Positions 31,360 through 42,118 of a stretch of 64,000 nt of DNA are shown here, piece after piece; the stretch's first letter is position 1; each line of letters opens with the position of its first letter. The notes beneath the pieces are model-generated. The model did no database searches, was not told the origin of the DNA, and saw only the letters and a program-made list of their open reading frames with translations. Position numbers and translations under genes: made by a program. The stretch is from Candidatus Cloacimonadales bacterium (GTDB lineage Bacteria > Cloacimonadota > Cloacimonadia > Cloacimonadales > JAFGVF01), in NCBI GenBank assembly GCA_963678315.1, contig OY782781.1, positions 2,784,001-2,848,000 of the forward strand, written 5' to 3'.

Positions 31360-34095
31360 TTGTCTAAGATTAGAGTACATGTACTTGCTAAAGAGTTGAA
31401 AATTTCTGCTGCAGCCCTTAAAAAAACTTTAGCTGACCTAGGTGTAGTAGTGAAGAGCCATATGAGCTTTCTTGAAGATGACGTAGCGGATAAAATTAGA
31501 CAGATGTTTAATGCACAGTTAAGTGCAAATAGACATCCTGAAGTTATAGAGAATAAAAAGTCTAGTAGCGAAGCAGATCGCAAGGTAGTTGTTAAGAACG
31601 ACGACACACCGAAGAAAAGCAGAGATAATTCTAGAAGTGATTATAAACATGAACGTTTAAATACATCGAATAATAGAAGAACAAATAGCAGTTCTGAGAA
31701 AAAATATACTGAACGTAAAAATCATGACAGGAAACCACAGCACAATGATGCTAAAGCTCCTGAAAAGAAAACAGCTTTACCAATAAACTCTGCTGATAAG
31801 ATTAAAGCTCTTCTAAAGAAAAAAAGTCAAGCTGCTACTACAGATAGTTATTATCATGCGGATAATGTTGCAGAAAGAGAACAAAATAAGAAAAATAGAC
31901 AAAGTCAGACTAGAAACAGACCTCAAGGTGATAGAAGAGATAACAACAATAGACGTGGTAGTTTCAACAATAATAGGAAAGATGGAAAACCAGCTTTCCA
32001 AAAAAGACCTCAAGATGGTGCTCCAAGACCAGATAGATCAAAAACATCTCCTAGATTTAACCCAGCGAATAATACAGCTAAAGTGCAACCAGTAGATGCT
32101 CTAGCTAAAACTGATATTTCTAAGAAGTTTGGGAAAAACAAAAAGTCATCTAAAGACTTTGGAGAATCTTCAAAACATATCAAGAATAAATTAAAATCTT
32201 CAAAGAAGAAGAGTAAATACGTAGATTATTCAAAAGAATTGGATGAAGCGACTATTTCAAAGAATATCAAAAAGACTTTGAGAAAGACTAAAAAGAACAA
32301 AAAATATCATAAAGAAGCTCAATCTTCAAGCCAACAGGTTGTTGACGGTGTAATTAAAATTAGTGAATTTACTTCTGTAAGTGAATTAGCTAGAATTATT
32401 GGTGTTCCTGCTACTGATATTATTGGTAAGTTCTTTGCAGCTGGTCAAATGGTTACTATTAACCAAAGATTAGATAAAGATTCATTAGAGTTAATGTGTG
32501 CTGAGTATGATTTAGAATATCAATTTGAAGATGAAGTAGGAACAGATGTTCTTAAAAAAGACACTGATGAATATGATGATGTAGAATTTGTTGAAAGATC
32601 ACCAATTGTTACCATCATGGGGCATGTTGATCATGGTAAAACTTCAATTCTTGATTATATCAGAAATGAAAATGTTGTTGCTGGTGAATCTGGTGGAATC
32701 ACACAACATATTGGTGCCTATCAAATTACTTACAACGATAGAAGAATAACATTCTTAGATACTCCAGGTCATGAAGCTTTCTCTGCTATGAGATCTAGAG
32801 GTGCTAATGTTACAGATATTGCTGTAATTGTTGTAGCTGCAAATGACGGTGTAATGCCTCAAACTATTGAAGCTATTGACCATGCTAAAGCAGCGGGTGT
32901 GACAATTGTCGTTGCAATAAATAAATGCGATTTACCTGAAGCAAATGTAGATAAGACTATTGCAGAACTTCTTGAAAAAGGTGTTTATTTAGAAGGTTAC
33001 GGTGGTGAAATACTTTGGGGACAATGTTCAGCAAAAACTGGAGAAGGTGTTAATGAACTTCTTGATTTAATGCTCCTTTCAGCCGAAATGGATGAATATT
33101 CAGCAAGATATGAAGTTCCTGGTGAAGGTATTGTTATTGAATCACAAAAAGACGCTAGAATGGGTTCTATCATCACAGTTCTTTTACGTGAAGGACGCTT
33201 AAAGAAAGGCGATAACATTGTTTGTGGTGCAACTTATGGTAAAGTTAGAAAACTTGAAAATGAGCGTGGTACTGAAATCAATGAATTGGGACCTTCCGAT
33301 GTTGCTAGACTTTTTGGTCTGAATGATGTTCCAAAAGCTGGTGATGTACTTAATGTAGTAGAATCTGATAAAATTGCAAAAAGCATTTCTTCTGAACGTC
33401 AGTTAATTAGAAGAGAAAGAGAAAACTTCCAAAACAAAGCAAGTTTGAATAATATATTTGATAGAATTAAAGAAAATCAACTAACAGATTTAAACTTAAT
33501 TGTTAAAGCTGATACTGACGGATCTGTTGAAGCATTATGTGACTCATTTGAGAAACTTTCTAACGATGAAGTTAAGGTACAGATCATTAGAAAGTCCGTT
33601 GGTGGTATCAATGAAGCTGACATTAGTTTAGCATCTGCCTCTGACGCTGTTATTATTGGTTTCCATGTTAGATCATCTGCAAAAGCACAGAAATTAGCTG
33701 ATTTAGAAGGTGTTGAAGTTAAGCTATACCACATTATTTATGATGCGATTTTAGATGTTAAATCTGCTATTGAAGGTATGCTATCTCCTACATTAGTAGA
33801 AAAAGCTATAGGTTCAGCTAGAGTTAAAGAAGTATTTAAAATTAAGAAAGTTGGTAATATTGCCGGTTGTGCAGTTGAATCAGGTTACATTCTTAATGAT
33901 GCTAAAGCAAGAATTTATCGTAATGATGTAATGCTTTATGAAGGCAACCTTTCTTCATTAAAACACTTTGCAAATGATGCTAAAGAAGTAAAAGCAGGTA
34001 CAGAATGTGGTATCGGTTTTGAAAACTATAATGATTTAAAAGAAGGTGATGTTATCGAATCATACATCATTGTAGAAGAGAAGAAGACCTTGTAA
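31360..34095 (+). CDS. infB: translation initiation factor IF-2
   Basis: TIMGHVDHGKTS, GGITQHIGAY, DTPGHEAF, NKCD; TTG start with AGGAGG. Confidence 0.98.
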   Translation: MSKIRVHVLAKELKISAAALKKTLADLGVVVKSHMSFLEDDVADKIRQMFNAQLSANRHPEVIENKKSSSEADRKVVVKNDDTPKKSRDNSRSDYKHERLNTSNNRRTNSSSEKKYTERKNHDRKPQHNDAKAPEKKTALPINSADKIKALLKKKSQAATTDSYYHADNVAEREQNKKNRQSQTRNRPQGDRRDNNNRRGSFNNNRKDGKPAFQKRPQDGAPRPDRSKTSPRFNPANNTAKVQPVDALAKTDISKKFGKNKKSSKDFGESSKHIKNKLKSSKKKSKYVDYSKELDEATISKNIKKTLRKTKKNKKYHKEAQSSSQQVVDGVIKISEFTSVSELARIIGVPATDIIGKFFAAGQMVTINQRLDKDSLELMCAEYDLEYQFEDEVGTDVLKKDTDEYDDVEFVERSPIVTIMGHVDHGKTSILDYIRNENVVAGESGGITQHIGAYQITYNDRRITFLDTPGHEAFSAMRSRGANVTDIAVIVVAANDGVMPQTIEAIDHAKAAGVTIVVAINKCDLPEANVDKTIAELLEKGVYLEGYGGEILWGQCSAKTGEGVNELLDLMLLSAEMDEYSARYEVPGEGIVIESQKDARMGSIITVLLREGRLKKGDNIVCGATYGKVRKLENERGTEINELGPSDVARLFGLNDVPKAGDVLNVVESDKIAKSISSERQLIRRERENFQNKASLNNIFDRIKENQLTDLNLIVKADTDGSVEALCDSFEKLSNDEVKVQIIRKSVGGINEADISLASASDAVIIGFHVRSSAKAQKLADLEGVEVKLYHIIYDAILDVKSAIEGMLSPTLVEKAIGSARVKEVFKIKKVGNIAGCAVESGYILNDAKARIYRNDVMLYEGNLSSLKHFANDAKEVKAGTECGIGFENYNDLKEGDVIESYIIVEEKKTL

Positions 34096-34096
34096 T

Positions 34097-34450
34097 ATGG
34101 CATCTATCAAAATATTAAGACTACAAAAAGAATTGATTAAACTATTCAATTCTAAAGTTATATATAAATTAAGAGACGAGCGTCTGAGTGGTATTTACTT
34201 CTCAGACGTGGTTGTCACTTCTGATTTAAGATTAGCTAAAATCTACTTTAATAACCCATATTCTGATTTGAATAAAAATGAGATGGTCAATATCTTAACT
34301 AAAGCTTCAGGGCAATTCAAAAAGATTATTGCAGAAGCTAAACTTATGAGAATCATTCCAGACCTTCATTTTTACTATGATAATACACAAGAAAATGTTG
34401 AGAAAATTAACAGTCTTCTTGATGCAATTAAGGAAGATGAAGATGAATAG
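34097..34450 (+). CDS. rbfA: ribosome-binding factor A
   Basis: LRDERL, VTSDLRLAKIY, MRIIPDLHFYYD; follows infB. Confidence 0.9.
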   Translation: MASIKILRLQKELIKLFNSKVIYKLRDERLSGIYFSDVVVTSDLRLAKIYFNNPYSDLNKNEMVNILTKASGQFKKIIAEAKLMRIIPDLHFYYDNTQENVEKINSLLDAIKEDEDE

Positions 34451-35450
34451 ACTGAATACTATTGAAGACTTATATAATAAATTTCAAGCTTTAGCAGCTC
34501 TGAATAAAGTATCTAATGAATCAATAGGAATTATAACTCATGTTAATCCCGATGGAGACGGTTTAGCAGTTGCATTAGGAATTAAAAAGCTAATGACGTT
34601 CTTTGGTGTTAATATGGATATAATTCTTTCAGATGAAGGGTTAGATAAGTTAAATTATCTTGATGTTAATGACAATGTTATCAAGTGGTCAGAAAATATG
34701 CATTATGACAACTTGTTAGTTATTGATTGCCATAGCTTAGATAGGTTAGGTAATTGTGAAAAACTGATAGATTCAGCTCAGAATATTTTAATCATTGATC
34801 ATCACGTTGCAAATGATGTTATTGAAAGAGCTAGTTATTATATTGATGAATCAGTTGCTTGTGTTGGAGATATAGTTTATCATCTACTTGAAGATGATCT
34901 TAAAAAAGCTGATCCAGAAACCCAAAAATACTTTGCAGAAGCAATATATACTTCTATTCTAAATGATACAAACAACTTTCTTAACCAAAATGTCGATGAA
35001 GCTGTTTTTAGAATATCAGCTGAGTTATTGAAATATGGCTTGCAAACTTCAACTATAGCAAAAAAATTCTTATATGACAGAGAATATGCAGAGATGCTGA
35101 TGATTGGAGAAAGTTTATCAACATTGGATAAACACTTTGACAGTAAAGTTCTTATTTTCCATACAACAAGAGAAATGCTAGATAAAAATAATTTAGATGA
35201 TAGCGCTACCTCAAAGATGACTCAATGGGTTAAAGGAATCAAAGGTGTCGATCTCATAGTCTACTATTGGGAAAAAACAGAGAATTCTTACAAATTCAGT
35301 CTAAGATCAGACAATCTAAATGTTCAACGTCTAGCAATGAATTTTGGCGGCGGAGGTCATGTTCGTGCTGCTGGATTCCCTGCAAATGGAGATATCAAAG
35401 AAATCTTAGCTGAATTATTTAGATTAATAGAAAAAGAGATATATGGATAA
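34443..35450 (+). CDS. nrnA: DHH/DHHA1 phosphoesterase (NrnA-like)
   Basis: THVNPDGD, IDHH, DT, SLRS, GGGGHVRAAG; start at the ATG overlapping the end of rbfA. Confidence 0.85.
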   Translation: MNRLNTIEDLYNKFQALAALNKVSNESIGIITHVNPDGDGLAVALGIKKLMTFFGVNMDIILSDEGLDKLNYLDVNDNVIKWSENMHYDNLLVIDCHSLDRLGNCEKLIDSAQNILIIDHHVANDVIERASYYIDESVACVGDIVYHLLEDDLKKADPETQKYFAEAIYTSILNDTNNFLNQNVDEAVFRISAELLKYGLQTSTIAKKFLYDREYAEMLMIGESLSTLDKHFDSKVLIFHTTREMLDKNNLDDSATSKMTQWVKGIKGVDLIVYYWEKTENSYKFSLRSDNLNVQRLAMNFGGGGHVRAAGFPANGDIKEILAELFRLIEKEIYG

Positions 35451-36303
35451 AATTGGTGTTATTTTAGTTAGGAAACCTGTTGGTATTACATCTTTTGATA
35501 TTATTAGGAAGCTAAGAAGAGTTACAAAGATAAGACAAATAGGTCATACCGGAACACTTGATCCCTTTGCTGAAGGACTAATGCAGATTTTAGTTGGGAA
35601 AGCTACCAAGATTGCTCAATATCTAACTGTTAGTGATAAAGTTTATCAAGTTGAAATGAAATTTGGAATTAAAACAGATACTGGTGATATAACTGGCCAA
35701 CAAATTGAAAGTCAAGAATTAGCTAATTTTGATATTGATGTTGAAGATTTAAAGAAGAGAGCAGAAGCGATTACTTGTCAAGTGCCACCAAAATATTCAG
35801 CAATCAAAGTAAATGGAACAAGAGCCTATAAATTAGCCAGAAATAATCAAGAATTTGAATTAGAAGCTAGACCGGTAAAGATTTCAGAATTCGAGCTTTT
35901 AAACATTGACTTTCCTTATATGACATACAAATGTAGAGTAAGTAAAGGTACTTATATTAGAACTTTATCTGAGCAAATTGCTGAGTTTTACAATACAATT
36001 AGCACCACTACTAAGTTAATAAGGAAATCTGTAGACCAACATGATATTTCTAAAGCGGTTTTATTAGATGATTTGAATGAAGATAACTGGCAAGATTACC
36101 TCCTACCTATTGATTACATCATGAATAACTCAGTTTATGATCTCACTTCTGATGAGTATAAATACTTCTATCATGGTCGTCAAATTGCAACAGACAACTT
36201 TACCTCTTCTTCAAATATTATCCTTGTAAAGTATGAGAATAATGTTGTAGGGTTAGCAAGTCACACAAACAATGTTCTCTCCCCTAAAAAGGTATTCAAA
36301 TGA
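35443..36303 (+). CDS. truB: tRNA pseudouridine(55) synthase
   Basis: KPVGITS, IGHTGTLDPFAEG, QVPPKYSAIK, SKGTYIRTL. Confidence 0.96.
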   Translation: MDKIGVILVRKPVGITSFDIIRKLRRVTKIRQIGHTGTLDPFAEGLMQILVGKATKIAQYLTVSDKVYQVEMKFGIKTDTGDITGQQIESQELANFDIDVEDLKKRAEAITCQVPPKYSAIKVNGTRAYKLARNNQEFELEARPVKISEFELLNIDFPYMTYKCRVSKGTYIRTLSEQIAEFYNTISTTTKLIRKSVDQHDISKAVLLDDLNEDNWQDYLLPIDYIMNNSVYDLTSDEYKYFYHGRQIATDNFTSSSNIILVKYENNVVGLASHTNNVLSPKKVFK

Positions 36304-37199
36304 CTAAAAACTATGTATTGACCATGGGAAACTTTGATGGTGTTCATATTGGTCACTGCAAGCTCTTACTTAAATTACGTGAAGTAGCTATTGAATTAAA
36401 TTGTGAGCCTATAATTATTACTTATGAGAATCATTCAAAAGATATTTTACAAGATGGAAAAGCTCCCTATATTCTCACAACAGCCAGGCAAAAAGAAGAG
36501 ATTCTTAAGGATAGAGGCTTTCATAATATTAAATTTATTATGTTTACTAAAGAACTAGCAAATATGAGTCCTTTAGAATTTCTACAAAAAGAAATCTATG
36601 ATAAATATAAACCTAAGGCTATAGTACTTGGATACGACTCTCATTTTGGGAAGAATAGAGAGGGTAACTATGAATTTGTCAAGCAACATGAGAAGCAATT
36701 TAATTACAAAACTTATCAGGTTTCACCATTAATTGTTGACGGAGAGATTGTGAGTTCATCTCTTGTAAGAAAGTTAATCATTAATGGTAAGTTATCATCT
36801 GCAAATTATTATTTAAAAAGAACCTTTGCTTTTTGGGGTTCAATAACTAAAGGGAAAAAGATTGGAAGAACACTGGGTTACCCAACAATTAATATTAAAC
36901 CAATCAGTAAATTCCAGCTTACCCCACCTTCTGGTATATATTATACAAAAACCAAAATTATGGGTATAAAGTATGATTCTGTAACAAACATTGGAACAAA
37001 TCCTACTGTCTCTGATAATAATGAGTTAAAGATAGAGACCTTCATTCTAAAGTTTGAACAAAATATTTATGGACAAGTTATAGAGACTCTATTCATTAAG
37101 AAATTAAGAGAAGAAAAAAAATTCACTAATTTAGAAAGCTTAAAAGAAGCAATTAAACAAGATGTTCAAAATGTTGAGAGGATTATTAGTAATGAGTAA
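36300..37199 (+). CDS. ribF: bifunctional riboflavin kinase/FAD synthetase
   Basis: GNFDGVHIGH, VSSSLVR, GRTLGYPTIN, NIGTNPT. Confidence 0.95.
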   Translation: MTKNYVLTMGNFDGVHIGHCKLLLKLREVAIELNCEPIIITYENHSKDILQDGKAPYILTTARQKEEILKDRGFHNIKFIMFTKELANMSPLEFLQKEIYDKYKPKAIVLGYDSHFGKNREGNYEFVKQHEKQFNYKTYQVSPLIVDGEIVSSSLVRKLIINGKLSSANYYLKRTFAFWGSITKGKKIGRTLGYPTINIKPISKFQLTPPSGIYYTKTKIMGIKYDSVTNIGTNPTVSDNNELKIETFILKFEQNIYGQVIETLFIKKLREEKKFTNLESLKEAIKQDVQNVERIISNE

Positions 37200-39081
37200 T
37201 TTTAGAAAATTCTATTTAGTTCTACTTGTGGTTATGTCTTTTATAACGATTAATCTTGAGAGTATTGAGAGAAGTTCAATCAACTATAATACCACAGAAG
37301 TAAGAGATTATAGCTTACATTATTTTGAAGATGATAGTCCTACTTCAAATTGGTATGGTGCAGAGAGTTGGGCTGTTAAGTTTATTGCATCTGACTTTAA
37401 TCTAGCAGCGTCTGAGATGACCATAGAGAAAGTAAAAATATATTTCCCTACGCCATCTACTGATGGGGTTAATATCCGAGCTTACACCTATGATGAAAAC
37501 TCTATTAGTGATCCTCAAGAAGGAACTGAAGTTCTAGATCTTAATGTTCAAGATTTTGAGATTAATGAAGCAGATTGGTATGAATTTACTCTTACTCAAC
37601 CATATACTGGAGAAGGATTATGGATTGTTATTGATAAAGAAACTAACTATCAAGATGAATTCATGGCTACAAGATCTGGAAATGGTCAAAATAGCTATTA
37701 CAAGGTAGTGGATGGTAGCGATGCTTATTTTAGAAGTTTTGCAGATGTTCAAATAGAACAAGAGTTATTAGTTAAAGTTTTTGCTACTCTTGAACTAGAA
37801 GAAAGCACAATAGAACTTAAAGATGTTTCTGTTAATCACCTTGAAGATAATGATTGGAGTATAAACTACCAAATTTACAATTACTCAGATGAAGTGATAG
37901 ATAACGACACCTTGCTTGTTACGATTTCTCACCCTGACTCTGAAATATTTCCTGATTCTTTATATAAGTTCAACCCTGTTCTTCAGCCTGAATCATTAAA
38001 TGAAAATGCTGGAAATGAATTTATTATAAATCTACCAATAGAAAATTCTCAATTCAAGATTAATATCCAGTTAAAGAAAGCTTCAGATAATACTATTTAT
38101 GGTTCAAAGCTGTTACTGGTCGATAATTTTAATAGCTATGATCAACAGGTTCATATATTTAACATGATGTCTTCAGTTTATCCTTTTACTGATTTAATAC
38201 TTGAAACTCAAAGAAGTATTGCAGAAAGCAATTGGAATATAATCAATTTTGGTGTAGATATTAATGACCCACTTTTCTATTCAAATGCAGCCTTCAACTA
38301 CTATAATGACTACGGTGTTAGTTCATTCCCAATGACAATAATCAACGGTGATACTTACTATACGGGTTATAATATAGAATCAATCGAAAGTAACCTAGTT
38401 GAAAATTCTTACAATATAAAGCAACTATTTACTACCATAACAGATAGTTTATACAGTGAAGATGGAATAATTTCCTTCCAGCACTATTTTAATTATGGCA
38501 ATAAGTATGTTTTCGATAGTTTTACTAATAACCTAGCTTTGAAAGTATACCTATTGCAAGAATCTAAACACTATTCTGATGAGGGTGATTATTTTATTGT
38601 TCAAGAATTAGATGATGTCAGCTATGATTTTGAAAGATTACTTACTAACGAAGAAGCTTATGTTAGTGTAAACTACGACCCTAACAATGTTGATACTCTC
38701 CAAACTGATTCAAATGGTCCTATGAAAAGTATTATATATATTTATAACGAGGAGACATTCCAGACAGTTTCTGTTACAGAGTACAGCTTTGAGAACAACA
38801 TATTTGTTAGCAATGACAACTCAGAAGTTATTCCTTCTGAAATAATTAAATTTTACCCCAACCCATGTAAATCAGGAAAATACCTTAATCTAAATTCAAA
38901 TAGAAATGATATTGAGAAAGTTAATATTTACAACATTAGAGGACAGAAAATTGAAACTGTAAATGTTGATGCAAATGGGATAAAAATTCCTCAAAAGATG
39001 GCAAGTGGAGTTTACTTACTACGTCCCATTGGCAAAAATGGATTTAGCTATAAAACACAAAAAAGTGTAATTATTAAATAA
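37192..39081 (+). CDS. secreted protein with C-terminal T9SS type A-like sorting domain
   Basis: Hydrophobic N-terminus; C-terminal FYPNP...IYNIRGQKI...ASGVYLL...KSVIIK; start moved to 37192. Confidence 0.72.
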   Translation: MSNFRKFYLVLLVVMSFITINLESIERSSINYNTTEVRDYSLHYFEDDSPTSNWYGAESWAVKFIASDFNLAASEMTIEKVKIYFPTPSTDGVNIRAYTYDENSISDPQEGTEVLDLNVQDFEINEADWYEFTLTQPYTGEGLWIVIDKETNYQDEFMATRSGNGQNSYYKVVDGSDAYFRSFADVQIEQELLVKVFATLELEESTIELKDVSVNHLEDNDWSINYQIYNYSDEVIDNDTLLVTISHPDSEIFPDSLYKFNPVLQPESLNENAGNEFIINLPIENSQFKINIQLKKASDNTIYGSKLLLVDNFNSYDQQVHIFNMMSSVYPFTDLILETQRSIAESNWNIINFGVDINDPLFYSNAAFNYYNDYGVSSFPMTIINGDTYYTGYNIESIESNLVENSYNIKQLFTTITDSLYSEDGIISFQHYFNYGNKYVFDSFTNNLALKVYLLQESKHYSDEGDYFIVQELDDVSYDFERLLTNEEAYVSVNYDPNNVDTLQTDSNGPMKSIIYIYNEETFQTVSVTEYSFENNIFVSNDNSEVIPSEIIKFYPNPCKSGKYLNLNSNRNDIEKVNIYNIRGQKIETVNVDANGIKIPQKMASGVYLLRPIGKNGFSYKTQKSVIIK

Positions 39082-39090
39082 AGAGGAATC

Positions 39091-40032
39091 ATGAATAGAA
39101 TACAAATTAATGAATTATCAAATCATATTAATTCTGAAATAGAAAGTTACTATTTAGTAACGGAGAAAGAGCTTAGGCAAGGTGCAAAAGACTTTTTTCT
39201 AAGATTGAAATTAGCAGATAATAGTGGTTTTGTAGTTGCTAATATCTGGAGAAATGCTAATGAAAAGGCAGAGATGTTTAATGTTGGAGATGTGTTAAAG
39301 ATTAGAGGTTTAGTTATTAAATACAATAAAAGTATTCAAATAACTATAAATAATATTTTTAATCTTTCCGAAGATGAATATGAAATCTCAGAACTAATCC
39401 CTAGTACTAAGAAAGATATAAATGAATTAGCCGATATCTTTTTCAACTTTATTGATAGTATCAAAGATGAACACCTTAATAGATTAATGAAAATCATTTT
39501 TGAAGAAAAACAATTCTTTAATAGATTCTTAAAATCCCCAGCAGCTAAAAGCTGGCACCATAATTATGCTGGTGGTTTGTTAGAACATTCAATATCAGTG
39601 GCGAAGATATGTGATTTTTCTAGTAATTTGTACGGTTTAGATAGAGATTTAATGATTGCTGGAGCTCTTTTGCATGACGTTGGTAAAGTTGAGGAATACG
39701 ACTCTAATGTAGGTATAGACTTTTCTGATGCAGGAAGACTAATTGGACACTTTGTTATAGCAGACAGAATGATAACTGAAGCAGCCGCTAAAATCGATTT
39801 ATTCCCAGCAAAGAAATTACTAAAACTCAGACACATGATTCTAGCCCATCACGGTGAGTTTGAAAAAGGATCTGTTAGATTACCTCAAACTCTTGAAGCA
39901 ATGGTACTTCATTTAGCTGATAATTTAGATGCTCAAACTGTGGGCGTTAAACAAATTATTGATGCAAGTTCAGATAAGTCTGAATGGTCTGAATTCGATA
40001 AATTGAACCAAAAGTTCTATTATAAAGGTTAA
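39091..40032 (+). CDS. yhaM: YhaM-like OB-fold/HD 3'-5' exoribonuclease
   Basis: N-terminal OB fold; PAAKSWHH...GGLLEH, LLHDVGK, HHG, LADNLDA. Confidence 0.85.
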   Translation: MNRIQINELSNHINSEIESYYLVTEKELRQGAKDFFLRLKLADNSGFVVANIWRNANEKAEMFNVGDVLKIRGLVIKYNKSIQITINNIFNLSEDEYEISELIPSTKKDINELADIFFNFIDSIKDEHLNRLMKIIFEEKQFFNRFLKSPAAKSWHHNYAGGLLEHSISVAKICDFSSNLYGLDRDLMIAGALLHDVGKVEEYDSNVGIDFSDAGRLIGHFVIADRMITEAAAKIDLFPAKKLLKLRHMILAHHGEFEKGSVRLPQTLEAMVLHLADNLDAQTVGVKQIIDASSDKSEWSEFDKLNQKFYYKG

Positions 40033-40034
40033 TC

Positions 40035-40820
40035 ATGCTCAGAACTTCTGTCCTTTTAAGTGGAAGTAAAGGGAACGCTACATTAGTCTTTACTGATAAC
40101 ACATACCTGCTTATTGATGCTGGTTTGTCAGCCAAAAGAATTTTTGCAGCTTTAGACACAATTAGAATTGAGCCCAATAAACTTGATGCAATTTTAATAA
40201 CGCATGAGCATAGTGATCATGTGAAAGGTGCAGGAGTTGTTAGTAGAAAACTCAATATTCCAATTTACTTAACTGAAAGTACTTATAAGTATTGCTCAAA
40301 TAAATTAGGAAATCTTAAAATAGCCCCAATTCATTTCAATGTTGGAGATGATTTATTTATTGGAGACATTAATATTAATGCCTTTAGTTCTTCGCATGAT
40401 GCTATTGATTCTTGTAACTTTGTCTTCCAAAAAAAAGATTGTGTTGATAAGAAACTAGTTTTTGCAACAGATTTAGGAATAGCAACTAAGCTTCTATTAA
40501 AAAAGCTAGAGAATGCAACAACAATTATTCTTGAAAGTAATCATGATGAGAAAATACTCCTTGAAGGTCCTTATCCTTGGGAATTGAAACAAAGGGTTAA
40601 GAGTAACAATGGACACTTATCTAATAAGCAAGCGGTAGCAGTTATTAGCCAAGTTGTACATTCCAATTTGAACAACTTAATACTGGCTCATTTATCTGAA
40701 ACAAACAATACTCCAGAACTTGCAGAAAAAGAAATGAGAGAATATATTCAAGCTATAAATCATACCTTGAATTTATATATAGCAGAACAAAACAATCCAA
40801 CTCCAGTAGTTGTAGTATAA
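40035..40820 (+). CDS. MBL-fold hydrolase (YycJ/WalJ-like)
   Basis: SGSKGN, THEHSDH, SHDA, TDLG, LESNHD, GHLSN, HLSETNN. Confidence 0.88.
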   Translation: MLRTSVLLSGSKGNATLVFTDNTYLLIDAGLSAKRIFAALDTIRIEPNKLDAILITHEHSDHVKGAGVVSRKLNIPIYLTESTYKYCSNKLGNLKIAPIHFNVGDDLFIGDININAFSSSHDAIDSCNFVFQKKDCVDKKLVFATDLGIATKLLLKKLENATTIILESNHDEKILLEGPYPWELKQRVKSNNGHLSNKQAVAVISQVVHSNLNNLILAHLSETNNTPELAEKEMREYIQAINHTLNLYIAEQNNPTPVVVV

Positions 40821-40828
40821 GAGGATTT

Positions 40829-42118
40829 ATGAAATTTTATATAGAAACATATGGATGCCAAATGAATATTTCTGACAGTGAATTAGTTGCAACTATACTT
40901 TCAACTGCTGGTCATATTCAAGCTGATAATATCGAAGACGCAGATGTGATAATTTTTAATACATGCTCAGTAAGACAACATGCTGAAGATAGAGTTATGG
41001 GACGTATAGCTAATGAGAAATCAAGAAAAAGAACAAAAACTAATCTCAAGATAGGGGTTATTGGTTGTATGGCTCAAAGACTTCAAGATGAATTGATTGA
41101 CCTTCAAAAAGAAATCGATTTCGTAGTAGGAGTAGACCAATATAGCGAGTTACCTTTTATAATAGAATCCGATGAACACCTTGCAGTTGATTTCAATAAA
41201 GAAGAGATATACAATGAGATTTACCCTACTAGAAGAGGTAAATTTAATGCATTTGTTACAATTATGAGAGGCTGTAATAATTTCTGTTCTTATTGCATAG
41301 TTCCTTATACAAGAGGAAGAGAGCGTTCTAGACCTTTAAGTGATGTTCTTGAAGAAGTTAGAATTGCTGGTGATAATGGTTATAAAGATATTACACTATT
41401 AGGCCAAAATGTGAATTCTTATGATTATGATGGTGTTAAGTTCCCTGATTTGTTAAGAGAGTTAAATAAGATCGATAACATCAAACGTCTTAGATTTGTT
41501 ACTTCTCACCCAAAAGATTTATCTGATGATTTAGTTATCGCTATGAGTGAGTGTGATAAGGTATGTAAGAATATTCATTTTGCTATGCAGAGCGGAAATA
41601 CTGAAGTTCTAAAACGAATGAATAGAGGCTATACTGCTGAGCACTTCTATGGTAGAATCCTTAAATTAAGGGAATATATGCCAGACATTTCAATTACTAC
41701 TGATGTTATCGCAGGTTTCCCTGGAGAAAGCGAAGAGCAGTTCATGGATACTTATAATTTAATGAAGAAGATTGAATTTGATTATGCTTTCATGTATAAA
41801 TATTCACCAAGAAGAGGAACAAAAGCTGCTGAGTTTACTGATCAAGTTGATGAAGCAGTAAGATTATCAAGACTTCAACGCTTAATTGATATGCAAAGGG
41901 AAGTTACCCTTCATAAATATCAGGCTATGATTGGTAAAATTGTTGAAGTATATGTAGAGAATGTTTCAAAAAAATCTGATGATGAGTTATCAGGAAAGAC
42001 AGACCAATATAAAATATGTGTATTCCCTGGAGATAAAGAATTAATAGGACAATTTGTTAAAGTAAAAATTACAGATGCAACTGCAGGAACCTTGATAGGA
42101 GTGCAATATAATGAGTAA
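40829..42118 (+). CDS. miaB: tRNA-i6A37 methylthiotransferase
   Basis: TYGCQMN, NTCSVR, GCMAQ, CNNFCSYC radical-SAM motif, C-terminal TRAM domain. Confidence 0.95.
   Translation: MKFYIETYGCQMNISDSELVATILSTAGHIQADNIEDADVIIFNTCSVRQHAEDRVMGRIANEKSRKRTKTNLKIGVIGCMAQRLQDELIDLQKEIDFVVGVDQYSELPFIIESDEHLAVDFNKEEIYNEIYPTRRGKFNAFVTIMRGCNNFCSYCIVPYTRGRERSRPLSDVLEEVRIAGDNGYKDITLLGQNVNSYDYDGVKFPDLLRELNKIDNIKRLRFVTSHPKDLSDDLVIAMSECDKVCKNIHFAMQSGNTEVLKRMNRGYTAEHFYGRILKLREYMPDISITTDVIAGFPGESEEQFMDTYNLMKKIEFDYAFMYKYSPRRGTKAAEFTDQVDEAVRLSRLQRLIDMQREVTLHKYQAMIGKIVEVYVENVSKKSDDELSGKTDQYKICVFPGDKELIGQFVKVKITDATAGTLIGVQYNE

Noticed and set aside
31560..32330. Low-complexity K/R/N-rich stretch in infB, and the R/D-rich stretch in the helicase at ~60350-60480
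   Set aside because: These are normal variable linkers of IF-2 and DEAD-box helicases.
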